35,744 nt of DNA, taken from an uncultured Muribaculaceae bacterium (lineage in GTDB: Bacteria > Bacillota_I > Bacilli_A > RF39 > UBA660). The notes beneath the pieces were generated by a model that worked only from the letters and a program-made list of their open reading frames with translations, did no database searches and had not been told where the DNA came from. Shown here piece by piece: positions 26,335 to 35,744 of the stretch (its first letter is position 1; every line of letters begins with the position of its first letter). The translations under genes were made by a program, and so were the position numbers. The DNA lies in assembly GCA_964591225.1 (NCBI GenBank), contig CAZQAO010000001.1, positions 6,159 through 41,902 on the forward strand, given 5' to 3'.

Positions 26335-29238
26335 ATGTTAATACCACTAAAAGTAACAACTGACTATAGTTTACTTAAAAGTATGATTAAAATTGATGAA
26401 CTCATCTCCTATTTAAACCAACACCAAATTCCCGCTTGTGGGATATGTGATGAATATTTATATGGAACTATGGAGTTTTACAATAAATGTATCAAAAACA
26501 ACATTAAACCTATTATTGGTTTAGATGTTTACGTATTAGATCATCACATTTATTTATATGCTAAAAATTATCAAGGATACCAAACCTTATTAAAATTAAA
26601 TACTATTAAAACCGAACGAGATTTAGCTCTTTTAGATTTAGAACTTTATCACGAGGAAATATTAGTTATTATACCTAATGAGTCTTTAAAGTTATATGAC
26701 CAAATAAAGACTATTTTTAAAGATGTTTATTTAGGTTACCAAAACGAAGAAGAAAAAACTCAAGCATTACTAAAAACTAAGCAAATCGTTTTTATTAATG
26801 ATATTAGAGCTTTGTCTTTAAAAGATAGTACGTATTTAAATTACTTAGAAATGATGCGTTTAGATATTAAGAAGGATAATTATACCGAAGTAGATTTTCA
26901 TCGGCATATCTTTATAGAAAAAGGCACAGATTTTGATGTTAATTCCACGATAGCTGTAAGTGAGCTTTTAAATGTTACTATACCGAAAAATGAAAATCAT
27001 ATTCCTAAGTTTAATCCGGATATAAAGGATTCTAACCAATACTTAGAAAATCTCACTCATAAAGGCTTAAAAAAGCGCTTTCATGATGAAGTTAGTAGCG
27101 ATTACTGGAAACGATTAGATTACGAACTTAGTGTCATTAAAAAAATGGGTTTTTCGGATTATATTTTAATTGTTTATGATTATGTTTTATTTGCTAAAAA
27201 AAATAATATCTTAGTAGGACCAGGGCGGGGTAGTGCTGCCGGTTCTTTAGTTTGTTATACCTTAGGAATTACTGATATTGATCCTTTAAAATATAACTTA
27301 CTTTTTGAAAGATTTTTAAATCCTGAACGAGTAACTATGCCCGATATCGATATTGATTTTGAAAATACGAAACGCTCTGAAGTAATTAATTATATAAAAA
27401 ATAAATATGGTAATGATAAAGTAGCTTCGATCATGACATTCGCTACCTTAAAAAGTAAATTAGTATTACGGGAAGTAGCGAAAGTAATGGATATTACTAA
27501 TCCCAATGTTTCTAAACTCTATGCCCTAGTGGAATCTAACTTATCGTTACAACAAAATTTACAAAATCAAGAAGTAGTCAAAATATTAAAACAAAATCCA
27601 GATTTAAAACAACTTTATCAAGTAGCCATGAAATTAGAAGGATTAAAGAAAAATATTTCTACTCATGCGGCTGGGGTGGTTATTTCTAATACGGCTTTGG
27701 AAACTTTAATTCCCATTATTAAAACTAAAGAGGGAATATCGACGGGAATAACAATGGAGTACTTAGAAGAATTAGGTCTTTTAAAAATGGATTTATTAGC
27801 GATTAAAAATTTAACTATTATTGAAAATATCTTAGAATTAATCTATCAAGATGTTGGTAAAATGGTTAATATTTCTCAAATTAATTTAAATGATCCCGAA
27901 GTTTTAGAACTTTTTGCTAAAGGGGATACGACCGGTATTTTTCAATTTGAAAGTAATGGTATGCGGTCGTTTTTAAAAAAATTAAAACCTCGTAGTTTTT
28001 CGGATTTAGTCGCGGCTTTAGCTTTATATCGACCGGGTCCCATGGATAACATTAATTCTTTTATTAGAAGAAAAGAGAAAAAAGAAAAAATTACGTATAT
28101 TATTCCCGAGTTAGAGCCAATTTTAAAAGAAACTGAGGGTATTATTGTCTACCAAGAACAAGTAATGCAAATATTAGTTAAAATTGCTAATTATAGCTAT
28201 GCGGAAGCGGATTTAATTAGAAGAGCTATGAGTAAAAAGAAAAAAGAAGTTATGGAACAGGAGAAGCAAAATTTTATTACCCGAGCTAGTCAAAATGGTT
28301 ATGGTGCTAAAGCTAGTCAACTATACGATTTAATCTTAAAATTTGCTAATTATGGTTTTAATAAATCACATTCGGTGGCTTATGCCTTAATTGGATATCA
28401 AATGGCTTATTTAAAAGTGAAGTTTCCCAAATATTTTATTACCAATCTTTTAAATATGAGTATTGGTAGTGAGATTAAAACTAATGAATATATTTTGGAA
28501 GCTAAAAGACAAAACTTAATTATTTGTAAACCCCATATTAATAAAAGTACGGATGTTTATCAAATTATTGATGGTGAAGTAATTCTACCTTTGTCAGTTA
28601 TTAAAGGTTTAAATGGCAATATTATTAAAAGTATTTTAACGGAACGTGATAATAATGGCTTATTTTTAGATTTTATTGATTTTTGCAAGCGAATGTATCA
28701 TCAAAATATGAATGAACGCCTTTTATTAATTTTAATTCGGGCGGGAGTTTTCCAAGATTTTGGATCCGTTATGACATTACAAGAGAATTTAGAAGCTGTT
28801 TGGAATTATGCGGAATTAGCTAGTAGTGTTAATGATCCTTTAATTCCTAAACCAATTTTAAAGGAGAGTAACGACGAAGTAGATGCTAATAAATTAGAAT
28901 TAGAAAGTTATGGCTTTTATATTAGCAATCATCCTACGAGTAAATATACGATGCCCGGAATTGCTAAATTAAGAGATTTGGCCCAATTATTTGATCGTTA
29001 TGAGCGGTTTGTCGTTTTAATTGAAGAAATGCGCAAAGTGAAAACGAAAACAGGAGTTGAAATGGCTTTTTTAGAAGCTAGCGATGATACTGCTGTAGCT
29101 AGTTTTGTTGTATTTTCTAAACAAATAAGATTGCTTGACGATTTAAAAATAAAAGATATCGTTGAAATTCAAGGTCGAGTAACAAAAAGATATGATAAAT
29201 ATCAAATTAACGTCAATAACATAATTAAAAAGGAGTAA
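26335..29238 (+). CDS. dnaE: DNA polymerase III subunit alpha, DnaE type
   Basis: GPGRGSAAGS, FERFLNPER.TMPDIDIDF, STHAAG, KMDLL, GIFQFES, YGFNKSH; extended -10 TGCTATAAT at 26299-26307. Confidence 0.97.
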   Translation: MLIPLKVTTDYSLLKSMIKIDELISYLNQHQIPACGICDEYLYGTMEFYNKCIKNNIKPIIGLDVYVLDHHIYLYAKNYQGYQTLLKLNTIKTERDLALLDLELYHEEILVIIPNESLKLYDQIKTIFKDVYLGYQNEEEKTQALLKTKQIVFINDIRALSLKDSTYLNYLEMMRLDIKKDNYTEVDFHRHIFIEKGTDFDVNSTIAVSELLNVTIPKNENHIPKFNPDIKDSNQYLENLTHKGLKKRFHDEVSSDYWKRLDYELSVIKKMGFSDYILIVYDYVLFAKKNNILVGPGRGSAAGSLVCYTLGITDIDPLKYNLLFERFLNPERVTMPDIDIDFENTKRSEVINYIKNKYGNDKVASIMTFATLKSKLVLREVAKVMDITNPNVSKLYALVESNLSLQQNLQNQEVVKILKQNPDLKQLYQVAMKLEGLKKNISTHAAGVVISNTALETLIPIIKTKEGISTGITMEYLEELGLLKMDLLAIKNLTIIENILELIYQDVGKMVNISQINLNDPEVLELFAKGDTTGIFQFESNGMRSFLKKLKPRSFSDLVAALALYRPGPMDNINSFIRRKEKKEKITYIIPELEPILKETEGIIVYQEQVMQILVKIANYSYAEADLIRRAMSKKKKEVMEQEKQNFITRASQNGYGAKASQLYDLILKFANYGFNKSHSVAYALIGYQMAYLKVKFPKYFITNLLNMSIGSEIKTNEYILEAKRQNLIICKPHINKSTDVYQIIDGEVILPLSVIKGLNGNIIKSILTERDNNGLFLDFIDFCKRMYHQNMNERLLLILIRAGVFQDFGSVMTLQENLEAVWNYAELASSVNDPLIPKPILKESNDEVDANKLELESYGFYISNHPTSKYTMPGIAKLRDLAQLFDRYERFVVLIEEMRKVKTKTGVEMAFLEASDDTAVASFVVFSKQIRLLDDLKIKDIVEIQGRVTKRYDKYQINVNNIIKKE

Positions 29239-29496
29239 AAGTAAAAAATGAATGGTATATCATTCGTTAATTTACAGATACAAAAATATAGATTTTCCTT
29301 TTAAATAAATAAAAAATATAAAAATAAAATGTCGTTTTAAAAAATGCAAAAAAGGCTGTGCTACAATGATAATGTAATTTAGGAAAGGAAAATATTATGA
29401 AAGTTGAAATTCAAGGTCAAGTAACGAAAAGATAAGATAAATATCAAATTAATATCAATAACATAATTAAAAAGGAGTAGAAATAAAAAATGAATG
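29161..29496 (+). repeat. 94-bp imperfect direct repeat (29161-29254 and 29403-29496)
   Basis: Manual alignment, 87/94 identical, ungapped; covers dnaE 3' end, RBS and ATGAATG. Confidence 0.92.
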
Positions 29497-32400
29497 ATGA
29501 AATAAAACGTTTTTTTAAAAGTATTGAGTATTATCCTGAGGAAAAATGGTTTAGTAAAGCCAATATTTTAAAAGTAATCTATAAAAAACAAAGTGATACC
29601 TTTGAAGTCCATTTAGAATTAGAAAAAGTGCTGCCTTTAGAAGTTATTAGTGAATTACTAACATGTGCCAGTAAAGGCCTTAATCATGAAAAAAAATGTA
29701 CTATTAAGTTTTATTATCAAACTATCACCCCAGTAGATATAAAAGACTATATGAATGCTTTTATCTTAGAATTGATTCAAAAAAGACCATCTTTAGTCAA
29801 TTTAAAAGATTCAAACTTAACTATCGATGATGATATTATAACTATTGAAGTAAGTACTAAATTAGAAGAAAGAGAAGTCAAAAAAGAAGGTAAAGAACTA
29901 GCTATAAAATTAAATAATTATGGTTTAGGAGAATTTCAAATTACTAGTGTCATGAATGATCAATTACATGAAGAAGTAACAAAAGAAGTAACCCAAACAA
30001 ATGAAAGGGAAGTAGTAGTTGAAAATGCTAAAAACACACCCAGTATTACAGGTAATGCTACCGCTATTAATAGTATTATTGGGGATATTAAAAATGTCAT
30101 AATCGAAGCTTATATATTTGGGATTGAAACATTAGAACGAGATACAATTAATATTATTACTTTAAAAATTAGTGATAAAACTAATAGTTTGGTAGCCAAA
30201 ATATTTGAAAAGAAAAAAGAAAAATATTTAAGTATATTAAAAGAATTAAAAGAAGATCATTGGTATCGTTTTCAAGGGAATGTTGAATTTGATACTTTTG
30301 CTAAAGATTTAGTGTTAAAAATTAATAAATATGAAGAAATTGCCCCAATAGAAAATATTGTCTATGAACAAACAGATACTCCTCGGGTCGAATTACATTT
30401 GCATACTATGATGAGTGCTATGGATGCCGTCGTACCTTATGAAGAAACTAACCCAGCTAATTTCGTGAAGTATGCGGCCAAAATTGGTCAAAAAGCTATC
30501 GCGGTAACTGATCATAACTGTGTCCAAGCCTTCCCGGAAATTTATCATACCGTAAGTCATATGAATAAAGGAAAAGACCCCCAAGATCATTTTAAAGTCT
30601 TATATGGGGCGGAAATGAACGTTGTTAATGACGATGTCGATATGATTTATAATTTTAAAGAATATAATCTTTTAGAATCAACCTTCGTCGTGTTTGATAC
30701 CGAAACCACGGGTTTCTATGCTGGTTCTGATCAATTAATTGAAATTGGTGCTGTCAAGATTAAAAATGGTCAAATTATCGATCGCTTCGATGAATTAATA
30801 AATCCCTTAAGACCTATACCAGCTAAAATTACCGAATTAACATTTATAACTGATGAAATGGTCAAAGATAAAGATATCGAAGAAAATGTGGTACAAAGAT
30901 TTTTAGAGTGGGCGAAAGACTTACCAATGGTAGCTCATAATGCTAAATTTGATATCTCATTTATTAAAGCGGCTTGTACTAAATATAATTTACCGGAATT
31001 TCAAGCAACCGTCTTAGATACTATGAGTATGGCAAGAATGTTACATCCCGAATGGCCTAATCATAAATTACAAACTCTAACGAAAAAATTAGATATTCCA
31101 TGGGATGAAGAAAAACACCATCGCGCTGATTATGATGCTGAAGGAACTGCTCTGGCTTTTTATAAAATGAGTAAGACACTTTATGACCAAAATATCGTTA
31201 CTACGACCGATTTACTAAATAATATAGATCTCGAATCTTTAGTACGTTTTTCTTATCCTTTTCATGCGACCATAATTGCTAAAAATCGGAAAGGTTTAAA
31301 AAATTTATTTAAAATAATTAGTATTGCGAATACCAAATATCTATATAAAAATGAACAACCGAAAATACCCCGTCAAGAGATTCAAAAATTAAGAGAAGGA
31401 TTGTTAATTGGTTCTGGTTGTATCAACGGAGAAATATTTGATAAAGCTGGTAGTAAAGAAGATGAAGAACTAGTTAATATGATGAGCTTCTATGATTATA
31501 TTGAAGTGCAACCAATTTCTTGTTTTACCCATTTAATTGGTCCAGGAAGGAAATTTTCAAGTGACTTAGAAGCCCAAGAATATTTAAAACGAATTACCCG
31601 TGTAGCTAAAGAAGCCGGTAAACCAGTCGTAGCCAGTGGCGATGTCCATAACTTAAAAAAAGAAGATAAAATTTATCGGGAAATTATCGTCAATCAAAAG
31701 TTTAATGGTAAATTGCATCCGTTAAATCGGAGTGGCATCGAAGTTCCTAATATGTATTTAAAAACCACAGAAGAAATGTTAGCAGATTTTGCCTTTTTAG
31801 ATCCGGAAGAAGCTTACGAAATTGTAGTCACTAACCCTAATAAAATAGCAGATTTAGTGGAAGAAATCGAAGTTATTATTGATACTCCAGCACCATTTGC
31901 TCCCAAAATAGAAAATTCTGTCGAAACAATGACGGATTTAGTTTATACCAAAGCTAAAGAATTATATGGCGAACCTTTACCTATAAATATTGAAGAACGT
32001 TTAGCTAAAGAATTATATGGCGAAGCTATAATCCTTGCGTGTCAAAAAGAAACCGATAATATTAATGATGCCTTCTTATTAGTCCATGAAACAATTTTAA
32101 AAGGTAAAGAGGCCGTTAAAGACATGGTTAAAAAACATATTGAAGAAGAAATGAGCGACGAAGAAAAAGATAAGCAAGCTTTAGCTAGTTTAGGGGGAAT
32201 AATTGGTGCTAATTACGATGTTATTTATTTAATTGCTCAAAAACTAGTTAAACATTCAAACGATGAAGGATTCTTAGTTGGTTCTCGAGGTAGTGTCGGT
32301 TCTTCTTTTGTAGCCAATATGATGGGAATTACGGAAGTTAATAGTTTAGCTGCTCATTATCGGTGTCCAAAATGTAAATTAAGTATCTTTAATGATGATG

Positions 32401-33989
32401 AAGGTAAACCACTCGGCACAACTTATTCTTGTGGCTTTGATTTACCTGATAAAAAATGTCCGCATTGTAAAACGAAAATGGTAAAAGATGGTCATGATAT
32501 TCCGTTTGCGACCTTCTTAGGTTTTAATGCTGATAAAGTACCCGATATCGATTTAAATTTCTCGGATTTAAATCAAGCTAGCGCTCACGAATATACTAAA
32601 GTACTATTTGGAGAAGATAATGTCTATCGGGCCGGAACAATTGGAACAGTTGCTGATAAAACTGCTTATGGTTATGTTAAAGGTTACTGTGAAAATAAAG
32701 GTATAATTATGCGGAGCGTAGAAGTTGAACGCTTAGCTAAAGGCTGTACTGGTTGTAAACGAACTACGGGTCAACATCCTGGGGGCATAGTAGTTATCCC
32801 TGGTTATATGGAAGTATTTGATTTTACCCCATACCAATATCCAGCAGAAGATCCTGATAGTAATTGGCGAACTACGCATTTCGATTATCATGCTATCGAT
32901 GCTGACGTTTTAAAACTAGATATTCTAGGACACACTGATCCTACTCAATTACGGATGATTCAAGATTTAACGAAAGATGATGTTACGAAAGTACCACTTG
33001 ATGATAAAGCGACAATGTCAATATTTAAAAGCCCTAAAGCCCTAGGAGTTACGCCTGATCAAATTTTATGTGATACTGGTACATTAGGTGTTCCCGAATT
33101 TGGTACTCCTTTTACGATTCAATTAGTTAAAGATGCTAAACCAACTACCTTTGCCGAACTAGTAAAAATATCTGGACTTGCTCATGGTACTGATGTGTGG
33201 CTGGGTAATGCCCAAGAATTAATTCAAAAAAATATCTGTCCTTTTAAAGATGTTATTGGTTGTCGTGACGATATTATGGTCGAACTAATGAATCGGGGCG
33301 TACCACCAATCAAAGCCTTTAAAATTATGGAATTTGTTCGGAAAGGACGAGCTAGTAAACCAAAAGATGCGGAAGAATGGCAAGAACACGTTAAAACTTT
33401 AAAAGAATATGGTATTCCCGATTGGTATATCGAATCTTGTCAAAAAATAAAATACATGTTCCCGAAAGCCCATGCCGCTGCTTATGTAATTAGTGCTTTC
33501 CGTATTGCTTGGTATAAAGTTCATAAACCATTAGTTTACTATTGTACCTATTTTAGTACGAGATTTACGGATTTTGATATCGATGTCATGGTAAAAGGTT
33601 ATGATGCTATCCGAGCTCGGTTACTAGAATTACAAGCAAAAGGACATGAAGCTACTAAGAAAGAAGAATCCTTAATTGAAACTTTAAAACTAGCTTTAGA
33701 AGCCAGTGCCCGAGGGGTAACTTTTAAAACCATAGATTTAGAAAAGAGTCAAGCCAATGACTTTGTCATGGAAGAAGAAGAAAATGCCTTAATCATGCCA
33801 TTTAATGCCTTAGATGGACTAGGAGAAGCCGTATCATCGAAAATAGTTGAAGCTCGTAATGAAAAACCATTCTATAGCGTTGAAGACTTTCAAAATCGTG
33901 GTAAAGTTAATCAAGCTACGATGTCCAAACTACGAGCTATGAATATTTTTGGCAATCTACCAGAAAATAGTCAATTAAGTTTATTTTAA
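29490..33989 (+). CDS. polC: DNA polymerase III PolC-type
   Basis: RVELHLHT.MS.MD, VVFDTETTG exonuclease, HHRA.YD, GSRGSVGSS, KVPDIDLNF, TTGQHPGG, KLDILGH, YMFPKAHAAAY, NSQLSLF clamp motif. Confidence 0.98.
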   Translation: MNDEIKRFFKSIEYYPEEKWFSKANILKVIYKKQSDTFEVHLELEKVLPLEVISELLTCASKGLNHEKKCTIKFYYQTITPVDIKDYMNAFILELIQKRPSLVNLKDSNLTIDDDIITIEVSTKLEEREVKKEGKELAIKLNNYGLGEFQITSVMNDQLHEEVTKEVTQTNEREVVVENAKNTPSITGNATAINSIIGDIKNVIIEAYIFGIETLERDTINIITLKISDKTNSLVAKIFEKKKEKYLSILKELKEDHWYRFQGNVEFDTFAKDLVLKINKYEEIAPIENIVYEQTDTPRVELHLHTMMSAMDAVVPYEETNPANFVKYAAKIGQKAIAVTDHNCVQAFPEIYHTVSHMNKGKDPQDHFKVLYGAEMNVVNDDVDMIYNFKEYNLLESTFVVFDTETTGFYAGSDQLIEIGAVKIKNGQIIDRFDELINPLRPIPAKITELTFITDEMVKDKDIEENVVQRFLEWAKDLPMVAHNAKFDISFIKAACTKYNLPEFQATVLDTMSMARMLHPEWPNHKLQTLTKKLDIPWDEEKHHRADYDAEGTALAFYKMSKTLYDQNIVTTTDLLNNIDLESLVRFSYPFHATIIAKNRKGLKNLFKIISIANTKYLYKNEQPKIPRQEIQKLREGLLIGSGCINGEIFDKAGSKEDEELVNMMSFYDYIEVQPISCFTHLIGPGRKFSSDLEAQEYLKRITRVAKEAGKPVVASGDVHNLKKEDKIYREIIVNQKFNGKLHPLNRSGIEVPNMYLKTTEEMLADFAFLDPEEAYEIVVTNPNKIADLVEEIEVIIDTPAPFAPKIENSVETMTDLVYTKAKELYGEPLPINIEERLAKELYGEAIILACQKETDNINDAFLLVHETILKGKEAVKDMVKKHIEEEMSDEEKDKQALASLGGIIGANYDVIYLIAQKLVKHSNDEGFLVGSRGSVGSSFVANMMGITEVNSLAAHYRCPKCKLSIFNDDEGKPLGTTYSCGFDLPDKKCPHCKTKMVKDGHDIPFATFLGFNADKVPDIDLNFSDLNQASAHEYTKVLFGEDNVYRAGTIGTVADKTAYGYVKGYCENKGIIMRSVEVERLAKGCTGCKRTTGQHPGGIVVIPGYMEVFDFTPYQYPAEDPDSNWRTTHFDYHAIDADVLKLDILGHTDPTQLRMIQDLTKDDVTKVPLDDKATMSIFKSPKALGVTPDQILCDTGTLGVPEFGTPFTIQLVKDAKPTTFAELVKISGLAHGTDVWLGNAQELIQKNICPFKDVIGCRDDIMVELMNRGVPPIKAFKIMEFVRKGRASKPKDAEEWQEHVKTLKEYGIPDWYIESCQKIKYMFPKAHAAAYVISAFRIAWYKVHKPLVYYCTYFSTRFTDFDIDVMVKGYDAIRARLLELQAKGHEATKKEESLIETLKLALEASARGVTFKTIDLEKSQANDFVMEEEENALIMPFNALDGLGEAVSSKIVEARNEKPFYSVEDFQNRGKVNQATMSKLRAMNIFGNLPENSQLSLF

Positions 33990-33999
33990 TTATCTAAAA

Positions 34000-34048
34000 T
34001 GAACGATTGAACGATTTTTTGAACGATTGAACGATTTTGTGATATAAT
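34000..34048 (+). repeat. Tandem 20-bp repeat (four TGAACGAT units) overlapping a promoter
   Basis: TGAACGATTGAACGATTTTT at 34000-34019 and again from 34020; TGATATAAT extended -10 at 34040-34048. Confidence 0.85.
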
Positions 34049-34065
34049 TTTCTAGGGATGATACT

Positions 34066-35343
34066 ATGTTAGAAAATGAAAATGTTGAATTCAAGCAAGA
34101 TTATACTGAAAATATATATAAAGAAATAATTGCTTTCTTAAATTCTTGTAGTGGAACTATATATGTTGGCTATGACGATGATGGTAATTTAATTGGCTTA
34201 AATAATGCTAAAGCCATCGAAGAAAAAATAGCTAATGGCATTGTTCATAAAATTACACCAGATTGTTCGATGTTCGTATCAATTAATAATAGTCATTTAG
34301 ATAATAAAGATTATATTATTATCAATGTTAGTAAAGGTTTGAATATCTATTCTTTAAAAGAAAAAGGAATATTAAAAGGAACATATATTAGAAATGGTTC
34401 TTGTTCAATACCAGCAACTGATGAAACATTAAAACAAATGATTATTAAAAATAGTAATTTATCTTATGAAACTTCTGTTTCTATTCAACAAGATTTAACT
34501 TTTAATTATATTAAAAAGGATTTTCAAGAAATAGATATCAATATATTAAATAATAGCATCCAAAAAAATCTGCATTTAAGAAATACTAAAAATCAATATA
34601 CTAATTTAGCTTTACTTTTATCGGATCAAAATCCTTTTACAATCAAAATAGCTACTTATTCAGCTACCGATAAAAGTAACTTTTTAGATCGTAAAGAATT
34701 TAAGGGATCATTATTAGAAATATACGATAAAACTTTAGATTATTTAAAATTAAATTCGGCAACGTATGGTTTAATTACTAGTTCCATCAGAGAAGATATC
34801 GAAGAATATCCGGAATTTATTTTAAGAGAGATTCTTTTAAATTCTTTAATTCATCGAGATTATTCAACTATAACTTCTAATATAATTAATATATATAAAA
34901 ATGATAATATTGAATTTATAAATTATGGTTCTTTATATGGCAATATTACTATAGAAGATATTTTAGCAGGACTATCTACTTCAAGAAATCCTTATTTACA
35001 AGCTATTTTTATGCGTCTTAAACGCGTTGAAGCTATTGGCAGTGGTTTAAGACGAGTAAATGCTTATTATCGAGAAAGAAATTTAGAATTTAAAGTTGAA
35101 GCACTGCCATCTTCATTTATTGTCCATCTTCCTAGAATTGCTATGGTAAATAAAGCAAATAATGATGGCAATATGGTTATTATGGAGTATTTAAGTAAAT
35201 ATGGTGAAATTACCAGAAAAGAAGCTGAGAAGTTAATAAATAAAGAAAAAACCACTACTAGTAATATTTTAAATAAAATGGTAGCAGAAAATATCATTTC
35301 CAAGAAGGGAAATGGTCCAAGTACTAAATATACATTAAAATAA
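34066..35343 (+). CDS. AlbA_2 (Schlafen-like) + HATPase_c_4 + winged-HTH ATP/DNA-binding protein
   Basis: ENENVEFK, IIAFLN..GTIYVGYDDDG, YIRNGS, LREILLNSLIHRDY, RNP, EAIGSGL, C-terminal ITRKE..GNGPSTKY. Confidence 0.88.
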   Translation: MLENENVEFKQDYTENIYKEIIAFLNSCSGTIYVGYDDDGNLIGLNNAKAIEEKIANGIVHKITPDCSMFVSINNSHLDNKDYIIINVSKGLNIYSLKEKGILKGTYIRNGSCSIPATDETLKQMIIKNSNLSYETSVSIQQDLTFNYIKKDFQEIDINILNNSIQKNLHLRNTKNQYTNLALLLSDQNPFTIKIATYSATDKSNFLDRKEFKGSLLEIYDKTLDYLKLNSATYGLITSSIREDIEEYPEFILREILLNSLIHRDYSTITSNIINIYKNDNIEFINYGSLYGNITIEDILAGLSTSRNPYLQAIFMRLKRVEAIGSGLRRVNAYYRERNLEFKVEALPSSFIVHLPRIAMVNKANNDGNMVIMEYLSKYGEITRKEAEKLINKEKTTTSNILNKMVAENIISKKGNGPSTKYTLK

Positions 35344-35411
35344 TGTCTAAAATATGTCTATTTTTTTCATATTTAACATTTTGTTTACTCATTTTCATAA
35401 AAAATTAAAAA

Positions 35412-35467
35412 AATTAACGACAAATCGTTAATTACAAATTGAAAACATGAAAATAGTGTAGTAAAAT
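35412..35467 (+). promoter_or_regulatory. Palindromic site plus sigmaA promoter
   Basis: AATTAACGA-caaa-TCGTTAATT (35412-35433); TTGAAA-N17-TAAAAT (35439-35467). Confidence 0.55.
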
Positions 35468-35498
35468 GTAAATTGATAATAGAGGAGGCAAATCAAAT

Positions 35499-35744
35499 AT
35501 GAAGAAGATAGGTAAAATCCTCTCTCCCAGAAATAAAGTTTCTGGAGAGGAAAATCCTAGAAAGGATAATAATTTAAAATTCGAAAAGGTTAATGACAAG
35601 AAAAAAAATAGAGCTATAGTAGCCGGAATGGTTATTGGTGTCTTAGTAACTGTAGGAAGTATAGTTTTATACCGAAGTTATGCCATATATAAAGAAGAAA
35701 ATAACTATAATATAATCCAAGGAATAGTACCAGATTATGACTAT
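35499..35744 (+). CDS. Exported/membrane-anchored protein, 3'-truncated by the window edge
   Basis: GAGGAGG RBS; open frame MKKIGK...KKKNRAIVAGMVIGVLVTVGSIVLYRSYAIY... to the end. Confidence 0.75.
   Translation, partial: MKKIGKILSPRNKVSGEENPRKDNNLKFEKVNDKKKNRAIVAGMVIGVLVTVGSIVLYRSYAIYKEENNYNIIQGIVPDYDY

Noticed and set aside
32016-32192. Intein in PolC
   Set aside because: Too short, no N-terminal Cys/Ser and no terminal His-Asn
34000-34040. CRISPR array
   Set aside because: Short tandem units with no spacers and no cas genes
699-35303. Short antisense or alternative-frame ORFs (699, 3606, 3987, 8305, 8515, 12249, 17176, 19843, 20464, 20510, 21538, 22170, 22521, 30393, 35067)
   Set aside because: Largely overlap well-supported genes and lack motifs; shadow ORFs

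Overview
AT-rich chromosomal segment from a low-GC, apparently streamlined Firmicute (Bacilli-like; resemblance to uncultured RF39-type Bacilli is inference only). It carries housekeeping genes (miaA, rpsT, tmcAL, yceD-rpmF, rlmN-stp-prkC-rsgA-rpe, rpmB, tandem dnaE-polC, mscL, two tRNA-Arg), a CiaRH-like two-component system next to htrA, and a compact sporulation set (gpr-spoIIP-yqxA-like; lone spoIIIAH-gerE-gerM) with recognisable sigmaF/G-, sigmaE- and sigmaK-type promoters. Best observations: (1) ribosomal protein L32 has a 9-aa N-terminal extension ([12 protein letters not shown]) matching the Prp-cleaved leader known from L27; (2) an NPKTN-motif surface protein behind a near-consensus forespore (sigmaF/G) promoter, convergent with a class B sortase; (3) spoIIIAH without spoIIIAA-AG; (4) a 94-bp duplication of the dnaE end/polC start; (5) a ~59-aa insertion in PolC; (6) tandem operator-like repeats before an AlbA_2/HATPase/wHTH gene. 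No CRISPR, transposase, integrase or prophage was seen. All calls come from motif recognition by eye; no searches were run.
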